Positions 11,721 through 32,646 of a stretch of 37,675 nt of DNA are shown here, one piece after another. Position numbers and translations under genes: made by a program. Location of the stretch: the NCBI GenBank assembly GCA_002269645.1, contig NIVC01004699.1, forward strand, positions 1 to 37,675, read 5' to 3'. Every line of letters starts with the position of its first letter. Position 1 is the stretch's first letter. The stretch comes from Macrostomum lignano. Its lineage: Eukaryota. The notes under the pieces were generated by a model. It was not told the origin of the DNA, did no database searches, and saw only the letters and a program-made list of their open reading frames with translations.

Positions 11721-11977
11721 GTCCAAATAGCTGTATGCCATCAGTCATCAGAACGCAGTGTCCAGTAATTAGCTGAAATTGGCGTTCCAACTACGTGCAC
11801 GCTCGTAACAGTTGCATTTTTCACCGTATGAGACTACAAGACTACGAATTATTCTACAATTTTCTTTCGGCATTCCCTACTAATTGTCTAATAATTGTCT
11901 GTCTGTAGCGACTGTTGATTATAAGATTCAGCATTGATTAGCTGGTTAGATAAGATCTTAACTTTTATGGATAATAA

Positions 11978-12462
11978 TTCAGCTTTCACGGAGTGAGATT
12001 CAGCCTTGATGGAGTGAGATTCAGCCTTGATGGAGTGAGATTCAGCTTTCACGAAGTGAGATTCAGCCTTGATGGAGTGAGATTCAGCTTTCACGCTGTG
12101 AGATTCAGCCTTGATGGAGTGAGATTCAGCTTTCACGAAGTGAGATTCAGCCTTGATGGAGTGAGATTCAGCCTTGATGGAGTGAGATTCAGCTTTCATG
12201 GAGTGAGATTCAGCTTTCACGGAGTGAGATTCAGCCTTGATGGAGTGAGATTCAGCTTTCATGGAGTGAGATTCAGCTTTCACGGAGTGAGATTCAGCTT
12301 TTATGGAGTGATATTCAGCTTTCACAGAGTGAGATTCAGCTTTCACGGAGTGAGATTCAGCTTTCACGGAGTGAGATTCAGCCTTAATGGAGTGAGACTC
12401 AGCTTTCACGGAGTGAGACTCAGCTTTCACGGAGTGGGATTCAGCCTTGATGGAGTGAGAAT
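11978..12462. repeat. 21-bp minisatellite (ggagtgagattcagctttcac / ggagtgagattcagccttgat), about 23 copies
   Basis: Two alternating unit variants; the in-frame period produces the KAESHS ORF. Confidence 0.95.
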
Positions 12463-13467
12463 GGAGTGTTAGTTATCAAAGCGAAGAAAAACGCTCTGCC
12501 AAGTAATGGCGCTTTGCAACGCGCTGCTCAGAACTGCAGGTAGGCAGATGTTGATGAGCCGCCACTCTCTGCAATTTTGGGGCTCAGCTGTGCCGGTGAC
12601 TGTAATTGTCGCGAAAATCTCTTGTGACCCTGACAAGTCTTTGTTGGCAAGTCATATTTTATAAAAATGTGTTGTAGGAATAACAGATTCCATTCGAATG
12701 AAAACGGATTTCGTGCTTATAGTACATAGCTAATACTTTAAGTAAAATTTTCACATCAAACAAACTCGGAGACTCTTTAAGACGAGAAAATCGAAGCAAA
12801 GTAAAAAATTGATAAAAAAAGGTGCAGCAAACTGAGTTACTGAGGGAAGGAGCCGGTTCTGTTATATAGAAAAAATGAAGGTTGCGTACATCGAAGGCAG
12901 AAAAACGATTGCGAAAAGACAAATTTGATCAAACGACAAAGTCGCGACAACCAAATACGCTCGTAACAAAATCGATATTCTATGAAACTGCTGTGCTGAA
13001 GCCATGAGAAAAATAAAGGGCTGTGCTTTGAGAGTGCGTCAGAATTAAAAGCCAGAATTTTGTGGACCTCGCAAATTTACTGTACTCGTACGAAATGTGC
13101 ACTGGCTTCATCTGAAAAAATGGTCGAATACTTGGAAACACAAACTTCGCCAAACGTGAACCTGTGAGGTGACCTGTTAAGTAACAAAACTGCTGTGTAG
13201 TGGAATAAATAAAACGCATGATACTACAACACCGAGCGAAAGTGAAACCGGTGAGCCTATTGGAACGCAACAGAGTTAGTTGTTTCAATTGCAACACACC
13301 AGTCAGCCTTCTTTGCCTCTGACGCATATTCGATGATTTCAAAATGGCTACCTCTAAATGCTGCTGCACTCGCCGCTGCTGTTTCGGCTGCTTCCGATGG
13401 CGCCCATCTGCTGCTGGTGCTGCTGATGTTGCTGCTGCTGCTGCTGGTGCAGCCCCAGGCCCAGCAG

Positions 13468-14716
<1,249 letters not shown>

Positions 14717-14989
14717 CTCACCGCGCCGGGTACAGCAGAGAATGCTTCCGGTACGTCTTGGCTATCACCGTTGCCGCTGTCGCGCATCTGTAGAAGTCGC
14801 CAACTGCTGTGGGTCGTCTTTGAAAATCTTCCTGCTCCTGCTCGAGTGCTTCCGCCGCGGCGCGTGGAGGCCAGCAACCGCGTGGGCACGCGACAATTTA
14901 TAGCCCCCCCCCAACCCCTCACCTGGATTGCCGCACCTGGAACACGCGGTAAACGATTTCGAGAATTCTCGTCCAATTTTTGATGAGCC

Positions 14990-15230
14990 CCCTGATTGTG
15001 ATTGGCTGGACCGTCCTCCAAAACTCTCGAAGTATTTTGCCTTGGTAATTTTCTAAAGCACCTGCGCTTCGATTATCTATAGGCAGCAATCAGCGCTACC
15101 TGCGCCTGATGGACGGCCCTGGTTGATGGGTGTTTCGTGTCATCATTGCATAAATCGCATTTATTTATGGCCCGCAGAATAATTGCGCCAGCTGGTTTAA
15201 GCCGAGCTCGCGCCCACCTACTTAATTTAG
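14990..15230. promoter_or_regulatory. Candidate Hmx proximal cis-regulatory region
   Basis: Unique CpG-rich DNA 5' of Hmx with a CCAAT box (attgg), TGATTG/TGATGG TALE-like sites, TTTATGGCC and TAATTG. Motif match only. Confidence 0.3.
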
Positions 15231-15360
15231 TTTCCAGAGGCTTTTTTAGAGGACTATGAGTCTTGCTTGCTCATTTTTTTCATCTTTTAAAAAATGAGTC
15301 CATTTAATCTGAAATTCGTTCGCAACTGGCATCGTCTAGAGCCGCAGCGTTGAAGGGAAA

Positions 15361-15985
15361 ATGGAGTGATATGGTGATGTGTGGAGTGCTAAGGTGATCT
15401 ATGGAGTGCTAAGGTGATCTGTGGAGTGCTAATGTGATCTACGGAGTGCTAAGGTGATCTGTGGAGTGCTAAGGTGATCTGTGGAGTGCTAATGTGATCT
15501 ACGGAGTGCTAAGGTGATCTGTGGAGTGCTAAGGTGATCTGTCGAGTGCTAATGTGATCTACGGAGTGCTAAGGTGATCTGTGGAGTGCTAAGGTGATCT
15601 GTGGAGTGCTAATGTGATCTACGGAGTGCTAAGGTGATCTGTGGAGTGCTAAGGTGATCTGTCGAGTGCTAAGGTGATCTGTGGAGTGTTAAGGTGATCT
15701 ATGGAGTTCATGTGATCTATAGAGTGCTAATGTGGTCTATGGAGTGCTAATGTGATCTATAGAATGCTGATGTGATCTCTGGAGTGCTAATGTGGTCTAT
15801 GGATTGCAATGTGACCTATAGGGTGCTAAGGTGATCTATGAAGTGCTATGGTGATACATGTATATGGAGTGCTAAGGTGATATATTGAGTGCTAAGGTGA
15901 TATATGGAGTGCTATGGTGACATATGGAGTGCTAAGGTGATATATGGAGTGCTAAAGTGACATATGGAGTGCTAGGGTGATATAT
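15361..15985. repeat. 20-bp minisatellite (ggagtgctaaggtgatctgt) with 60/120-bp higher-order repeat
   Basis: Lines 15421-15660 are near-identical 60-mers with gtgg/gtcg alternation; the array degenerates toward 15985. Confidence 0.95.
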
Positions 15986-16394
15986 GGAGTGCTAAATTGC
16001 CTCTGCAAGCTTTGCTATAGCAGTTTCGCCAATTTCCAGATATCCTACAGCTGCACTCAATGTGCGCAGAACGATTTGGGGAAAACACAGGAAGAAATCC
16101 TAAAATTGTATAAGCGCTGTTTCACGGGCGCAATAAGACGCAGGTGGTGTCTCTCTTTGTTGCGCCAATAATTGCGCGACAATTACTCGTATTTTAAGCA
16201 GCACTACTTGCTCCAAGAGAGAAAAAATAGTAATACTCGAACTCGACTGTCTTTTCTGGGCGAATTACGTAATTACGGACACTTGCATAATCACATTAGG
16301 GAGAGACCCCTGATCGCACCGACAAGAGACAGCTTGGGGCGCCCACCAAGAAACAGGGGCGTCCACCAAGAGGCAGGGGGCGCCCACCAAGAGA

Positions 16395-16512
16395 CCCAGC
16401 TAATGCTGGCACCCATTTTACAGCTGGGTGAACTGAAGCAATGCAGAGTTAAGTGTCTTGGTTAAGGACACAAATTTTTTCCAAGTGGATCGAGAATCGA
16501 ACCCCCGACCTT
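16395..16512 (-). mobile_element. tRNA-derived SINE fragment (B box plus central domain)
   Basis: Minus strand ggtcgggggttcgattctcgatccacttgg...tgtgtccttaaccaagacacttaactctgcattgcttcagttcacccagctgtaaaatgggtgccagcattagctggg matches the 14.1-14.4 kb copy. Confidence 0.8.
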
Positions 16513-16740
16513 CTGGCAGCATTTCTGCTTTGGCTGCCATGTTATGTTACAAGCTTTAAGGCCTTGACAATATTTTACTGAAAATATGGATTACCGCCAG
16601 TTAATCGGCCTTTGGATTTTCAGCGAACTTTTATTAACTATAATTTTATGGGGCAGAATTTTAATCGCGGTTTTATGACGTTTGACTCTCTTGCTAACCC
16701 CTCCTTTTTATTTCATTTCTTATCCACCAAAGGCAAACAC

Positions 16741-17101
16741 CCTCATCTCACTCCCTATCTACCCTTTATTTCACTCCCTATCTACCCCTTATTTCACTCC
16801 CTATCTACCCCTTATTTCACTCTCTATCTACCCCTTATTTCACTCCCTATCTACCCCTTATTTCACTCCCTATCTACCCCTTATCTCACTCCCTATCTAC
16901 CCCTTATCTAACTCCCTATCTACCCCTTATCTCACTCCCTATCTACCCCTTATTTCACTCCTATCTACCCCTTATTTCACTCCCTATCTACCCCTTATCT
17001 CACTCCCTATCTACCCCTTATCCAACTCCCTATCTACCCCTTATCTCACTCCCTATCTACCCCTTATCCAACTCCCTATCTACCCCTTATCTCACTCCCT
17101 C
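16741..17101. repeat. 23-bp minisatellite (cactccctatctaccccttattt), about 15 copies
   Basis: Direct inspection; C-rich on the plus strand. Confidence 0.95.
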
Positions 17102-17756
17102 TTTGTTTGATAGTTTCACATCACTTGACTAAAAATTCAAAATGACAAGTTAAAAAACACGCGGATTCACTGAGAAGCAGTGAGTGAGCAGTTTGTGCAG
17201 GAATAGCTGAGAAATCCCAAAGGAGGGATATGCTAAGCTCAAATAGAGCACTCAACTCAATTGAGCTGAAACAAAAACTAGCAAAACCAGGCCTAATTGA
17301 CTACCGGATTAAGCAGAGTCGGGTTTTGTGCTCAAGTGCGTGCGCTCGGGAATGACAGCAGTGGGCTGGCAAGACTAACCCTAGTCATAATTGAGGTCGA
17401 TGCCCCATGGGTAAACGCACGGCTGGAATGGAAGGCCAGGTAGGCCTAATCCTTTAATGATAAGGGGGAGGGCTTTAGGGCCTGGGCACTTATTGCTCAA
17501 TCACAGCAATTTGCCTAACAACTGCCTCGATCGTGGCTTCGGGAGCTTAAATCTTCTCCCATGGTGTCCCGGGAGAGTTCGAGAGGAGAAAGTGGAGTTG
17601 AGGTAGGGGGTACGGGTTTAATACTCAACCCAAATCCCAACTTAGAGAAGACAAGAGGATGTTGTCACTGCATGCCAATCTAATGCATTTTATAATATTC
17701 TTACAGTTTCTGATGAGCCTCTTGGAGAAATTCTAATAGCCAGGAAAACATAAAAA

Positions 17757-18740
17757 TTATACCCACACCTGAATATTCAACATCATTCTCTCAATACCAC
17801 ACGTCAATATTCAGCATCATTGTCTCAATACCACACCTGAATATTCAGCATCATTCTGTCAATACCATGCCTGAATATTCAGCATCATTCTGTCAATACC
17901 ACACCTGAATATTCAGCATCATTCTCTCAATACCACACCTGAATATTCCGCATCATTCTGTCAATACCACACCTGAATATTCAGCATCATTCTCTCAATA
18001 CCATGCCTGAATATTCAACATCATTCTCTCAATACCACACCTGAATATTCCGCATCATTCTGTCAATACCACACCTGAATATTCAGCATCATTCTCTCAA
18101 TACCATGCCTGAATATTCAACATCATTCTGTCAATACCACACCTGAATATTCAGCATCATTCTGTCAATACCACACCTGAATATTCAGCATCATTCTGTC
18201 AATACCATGCCTGAATATTCAGCATCATTCTGTCAATACCACACCTGAATATTCAGCATCATTCTCTCAATACCACACCTGAATATTCCGCATCATTCTG
18301 TCAATACCACACCTGAATATTCAGCATCATTCTCTCAATACCATGCCTGAATATTCAACATCATTCTCTCAATACCACACCTGAATATTCCGCATCATTC
18401 TGTCAATACCACACCTGAATATTCAGCATCATTCTCTCAATACCATGCCTGAATATTCAGCATCATTCTGTCAATACCATGCCTGAATATTCAGCATCAT
18501 TCTCTCAATACCATGCCTGAATATTCAGCATCATTCTCTCAATACCATACCTGAATATTCAGCATCATTCTCTCAATACCACACCTGAATATTCAGCATC
18601 ATTCTGGCAATACCACACCTGAATATTCAGCATCATTCTGTCAATACCATACCTGAATATTCAGCATCAGTCTCTCAATACCATGCCTGAATATTCAGCA
18701 TCAGTCTCTCAATACCATGCCTGAATATTCAGCATCATTG
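17757..18740. repeat. 34-bp minisatellite (aataccacacctgaatattcagcatcattctgtc), about 29 copies
   Basis: 34-bp spacing of gaatatt; most units carry the palindrome CTGAATATTCAG. Confidence 0.95.
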
Positions 18741-19238
18741 CCTAGTCAATACAAAGTCAGCAATTGTTAGCTCGGCAACAAATTTTAAGCAATGTGTCTT
18801 CAATGTGTGTCCTTCTTGCAATACGCAAGGATTACTCTAGCTCAATGACAATTATATTATTGTGACAAATGCTAAATATATTAACAGTCCAACATAAAAA
18901 AACTGTTCTAGCAACTCAACACAGGGAGATTATCATCAAAAGTTAAAAACATCATTTAAACTTGATAATTACGAACTTTATAAGCAAACAAAGGCGGTTA
19001 TTTAATTTATTACTCGTTTGATTAGGAATAAGCGACAATAACTTCAGTGGCTTACCTAATAGATAATTAATATATAAAATCATTTAGTAAGCATGAAGCG
19101 CCGCGGTACAAATAGAATTTTTCAAATACTGGCACACACTGCTGTTAGTAGGACCTGTTGAGTACAGGTTGATTAAACTAATTAGCACTGATTATTACAC
19201 CTACAGAACTGAGCAAACACGTGCGTAGTAGCATAGTT

Positions 19239-20862
19239 GGGATTTGGGATCTAAATAATGGGATTTGGGATCTAAATAATGGGATTTGGGATTCAGAATT
19301 CTGGGATTTGGGATCTAAATACTGGGATTTGGGATCTAAATAATGGGATTTGGGATCTAAATAATGGGATTTGGGATTCAGAATTCTGGGATTTGGGATC
19401 TAAATACTGGGATTTGGGATCTAAATACTGGGATTTGGGATCTAAATAATGGGATTTGGGATTCAGAATTCTGGGATTTGGGATCTAAATAATGGGATTT
19501 GGGATCTAAATAATGGGATTTGGGATCTAAATAATGGGATTTGGGATTCAGAATTCTGGGATTTGGGATCTAAATAATGGGATTTGGGATCTAAATAATG
19601 GGATTTGGGATCTAAATAATGGGATTTGGGATTCAGAATTCTGGGATTTGGGATCTAAATACTGGGATTTGGGATCTAAATACTGGGATTTGGGATCTAA
19701 ACAATGGGATTTGGGATCTAAATACTGGGATTTGGAATTGAAATAATGGGATTTGGGATTTAAATAATGGGATTTGGGATTTAAATAATGGGATTTGGGA
19801 TTGAAATAATGGGATTTGGGATCTAAATAATGGGATTTGGGATTCAGAATTCTGGGATTTGGGATTCAGAATTCTGGGATTTGGGATCTAAATACTGGGA
19901 TTTGGGATCTAAATAATGGGATTTGGGATCTAAATACTGGGATTTGGAATTGAAATAATGGGATTTGGGATTTAAATAATGGGATTTGGGATTTAAATAA
20001 TGGGATTTGGGATTGAAATAATGGGATTTGGGATTTAAATAATGGGATTTGGGATTGAAATAATGGGATTTGGAATCTAAATAATGGGATTTGGGATCTA
20101 AGTAATGGGATTTGGGATTTAAATAATGAGATTTGGGATTGAAATAATGGGATTTGGAAACTAAATAATTGGATTAGGGATCTAAATAATGGGATTTGGG
20201 ATCTAAATAATGGGATTTGGGATCTAAATAATGGGATTTGGGATCTAAATAATGGGATTTGGGATTCAGAATTCTGGGATTTGGGATCTAAATACTGGGA
20301 TTTGGGATCTAAATACTGGGATTTGGGATCTAAACAATGGGATTTGGGATCTAAATACTGGGATTTGGAATTGAAATAATGGGATTTGGGATTTAAATAA
20401 TGGGATTTGGGATTTAAATAATGGGATTTGGGATTGAAATAATGGGATTTGGGATCTAAATAATGGGATTTGGGATTCAGAATTCTGGGATTTGGGATTC
20501 AGAATTCTGGGATTTGGGATCTAAATACTGGGATTTGGGATCTAAATAATGGGATTTGGGATCTAAATACTGGGATTTGGAATTGAAATAATGGGATTTG
20601 GGATTTAAATAATGGGATTTGGGATTTAAATAATGGGATTTGGGATTGAAATAATGGGATTTGGGATTTAAATAATGGGATTTGGGATTTAAATAATGGG
20701 ATTTGGAATCTAAATAATGGGATTTGGGATCTAAGTAATGGGATTTGGGATTTAAATAATGAGATTTGGGATTGAAATAATGGGATTTGGAAACTAAATA
20801 ATTGGATTAGGGATCTAAATACTGGGATTTGGGATTTAAATAATGGAATTTGGGATTTGAGA
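19239..20862. repeat. 21/22-bp G-rich minisatellite (gggatttgggatctaaataat and variants), about 1.6 kb
   Basis: Direct inspection; begins about 85 nt downstream of the MIOS stop codon. Confidence 0.95.
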
Positions 20863-20946
20863 ATCGATATTTGTCACTGCCTTTATATGTGCTCCGGCAG
20901 AGAAGTCTCTTTGTTCGCTTCGCTTCCACCAGCAGGTGTTCTCGGG

Positions 20947-29886
<8,940 letters not shown>

Positions 29887-29984
29887 TCTGTACGTGATTC
29901 GATCTTTTTGAAGAGCGGTGACTTCCTTACTACTGCTGAGTCATCAGAATAAAGTAGTATATACTCTGCATTTATAACTTGTAC

Positions 29985-30400
29985 CTTAAATTCGGGATTT
30001 TTATGGGGATAAATCTAGGATTTTTGACAGGGATAAATATGGGATTTCTGATAAAGATAAATCTGGGGATAGAAATTTTTCTGATAGGGATAAATATGAA
30101 TCTGGGATTTCTGATAGGGATAAATATGGGATTTTTGATAGGGATAAATATAGGATTTCTTGATAGGAAAAAATCTAGGATTATTGATAGGGATAAATCT
30201 GGGATTTTGATGATAGGGATAAATCTGGGATTTTGATGGGGATAAATCTGGGATTTCTGATAGGGATAAATCTGGGATTTTTTATAGGAATGAATCTATG
30301 ATTCTAAAACTTCAAAAAAAGATCAGGAATTTTGGTATTTTTGATGGCGAAAGATCAAGGATTCTGGGATTTCTGATAGGGATAAATCTGGGATTCTGGG
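29985..30400. repeat. Degenerate 24-bp repeat (gggataaatctgggatttttgata) upstream of the MIOS ATG
   Basis: Recurrent gggataaat(c/a)tgggattt; decays further to about 30570. Confidence 0.85.
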
Positions 30401-31434
30401 ATTCATTGTCAGATCCATCGATGATTATGCTTGAGTTAATGGAGACAAAAATGGGATGCTGGGGAAATTTATGGGGATAAAACTGGAGTTCAAAGATTTT
30501 TATGGAAATAAATATGGGACTTTTTTGAGTTTTCGATGTGGCTGAAATCCCAAAAATTTGGGATTTAAAATTTTAAGAATGGATTTAAAAAAATATGTCA
30601 GGCACAAAGTCAAAACACCAAAATACACTTACAACAATTTATATTACCGTTTTCATCACAGCAAGAAAAATAGTTTTTTAACAATAGATTGAGAATCTAA
30701 ATTTTTAAAGTAGTTTTTGTATTTATTAATAAACATATTTATAGCATTTGAATTTGATAAACTTATGAACAAGCGAATGTGGCAAGTAAAAGTCTTCAAA
30801 TTGACCATTTAAGTATCAAACATCTGCTACTAAACTAAAACTGCAACTAAAAATCCAAAACCAACTAAAAAGAACAAGATCAGAAGCTATGTCTAAGAAA
30901 CTTTTGGGCTTGTGTTACTGAGGGGCTATATTTAAGCCTACCAAAAGTTCAGAAAAGCCGAATGCTACCCCACTAGTCTACTTATAGTAGACTTTCATAG
31001 AAAAATTAACAGCACTAACATTTGAATTTGAAGAAAATCGCAAACAGAATTTAGAAACAAAATGCCATCGGACGATGTTGACCAAAGCGAGAAAAGAGAC
31101 AATTAAGTTATGAAAATTTTCAAACCATGTTTTTTGTTTTATTTAGAATATAACTGGAGTTTTTTTCTATAATTAACTGCGTATTAGTTGTGTTAATCTT
31201 GACAAAGGAGTGTAGACAACTACAAAATAATATCGATTTTTAAATAAAGCAAGTCACCAATTAGTCATATTAAGTCAACTAAATATATTCTTCTGTATAA
31301 AATCTAGAAGCATTATTAAGGGGAGGTTAGTCAGGTTATTGCACTTTTATTAATGTCAGAGCGATGCTGCATAGAAAATGATGTTTGTCAGAAAAATATT
31401 ATGATACGACAATTACATGAAGCAAACATTTTTG

Positions 31435-32570
31435 GCGACAGTAGTAACATGATTCGCGCACCTAGCAACCGAATAGGCAACCCTAACAACATGATTGACG
31501 ACCCTAGCAACCGATTAGTGACCTTAGCAACATAATTGCTCTCTTGGAAACCGATTTAGTAATCCTAGCAACCGATTAGTGACCTTAGCAACAGCAACAT
31601 ATCTGATGCCTCTTAGTCACCGATTTAGTAACCGTAGAAACCAATTTGGTAACCCTAGCAACCGATTTGGTGACCCTAGCAACCGATTTGGTGACCCTAG
31701 CAACCGATTTGGTGACCCTAGCAACCAATTTGGTGACCCTAGCAACCGATTTGGTGACCCTAGCAGTCCCATTCAGTGACCTTAGCAACATAATTGGTGT
31801 CCTTGGTAACCGATTTTGCAGCCCTAGCAACCTAATTGGCGACCCTAGCAACCCAATAGGCAACCTCATTAACCTGATTTTACGGCCCAGTCGGCCCTAA
31901 CAACCTGATTGGCAACCGTAGCAACCTGATTGGCGACCCTAACAACATGATTGACGACCCTAGCAACCGATTTAGTGACCTTAGCAATATAATTGCTGTC
32001 TCTTGGTAACTGATTTAGTAACCCTAGCAACTGATTAGTGACCTTAGCAACAGCAACATGACTGATGCCTCTTGGTAACTGATTTATTAACCATAGAAAC
32101 CGATTTGGTGACCCTAGCAACCGATTCAGTGACCTTAGCAACATAATTGATGTCTCTTGGTAACCGATTTGGTAACCCTAGCAACCGATTAGTGACCTTA
32201 GCAACAGCAACATGACTGATGCCTCTTGTGACCGATTTAGCAACCGTATATCAACCGATTCGTTGACCATAGCAACCAATTTGGTGACCCTAGAAGCCAA
32301 TTTGGTGACCCTAGAAGCCAATTTGGTGACCCTAGCAACCAATTTGGTGACCCTAGAAGCCAATTTGGTGACCCTAGCAACCAATTTGGTGACCCTAGAA
32401 GCCAATTTGGTGACCCTAGCAACCAATTTGGTGACCCTAGCAGTCGATTTGGTGACCCTAGCAACCGATTTGGTGTCCCTAGCAACCAATTTGGTGACTC
32501 TAGCAATCGATTTGGTGACCCTAGCAACCAATTTGGTGACTCTAGCAACCGATTTGGTGACCCTAGCAGC
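31435..32570. repeat. 21-bp minisatellite (ccctagcaaccgatttggtga) just downstream of the TAPT1 stop
   Basis: Homogeneous at 31660-31760 and 32270-32570, degenerate elsewhere; produces VTLATNL and LLGSPNW ORFs on both strands. Confidence 0.93.
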
Positions 32571-32646
32571 AGCATGGTGTCTTTTGTGTAACCGAATAGA
32601 CGCCCACTTCCCAATTAAGCGCGCATGCGATTTTGTGGGCCGAAAA

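Noticed and set aside
11888-12472. KAESHS-repeat and RFSLDGV-repeat ORFs
   Set aside because: They arise from a 21-bp period on both strands; the minus ORF has no ATG and an in-frame stop just upstream.
15977-16465. Two short plus-strand ORFs (64 and 97 aa)
   Set aside because: No recognisable motif; the first starts in a minisatellite and the second runs into a SINE fragment.
17757-18740. CRISPR-like array of palindromic 34-bp repeats
   Set aside because: Units are contiguous with no unique spacers, there are no cas genes, and the context is eukaryotic.
19239-20862. Telomeric repeat or interstitial telomere
   Set aside because: The unit is a 21/22-mer based on GGGATTT, not TTAGGG; only one ttaggg occurs in each of two degenerate units.
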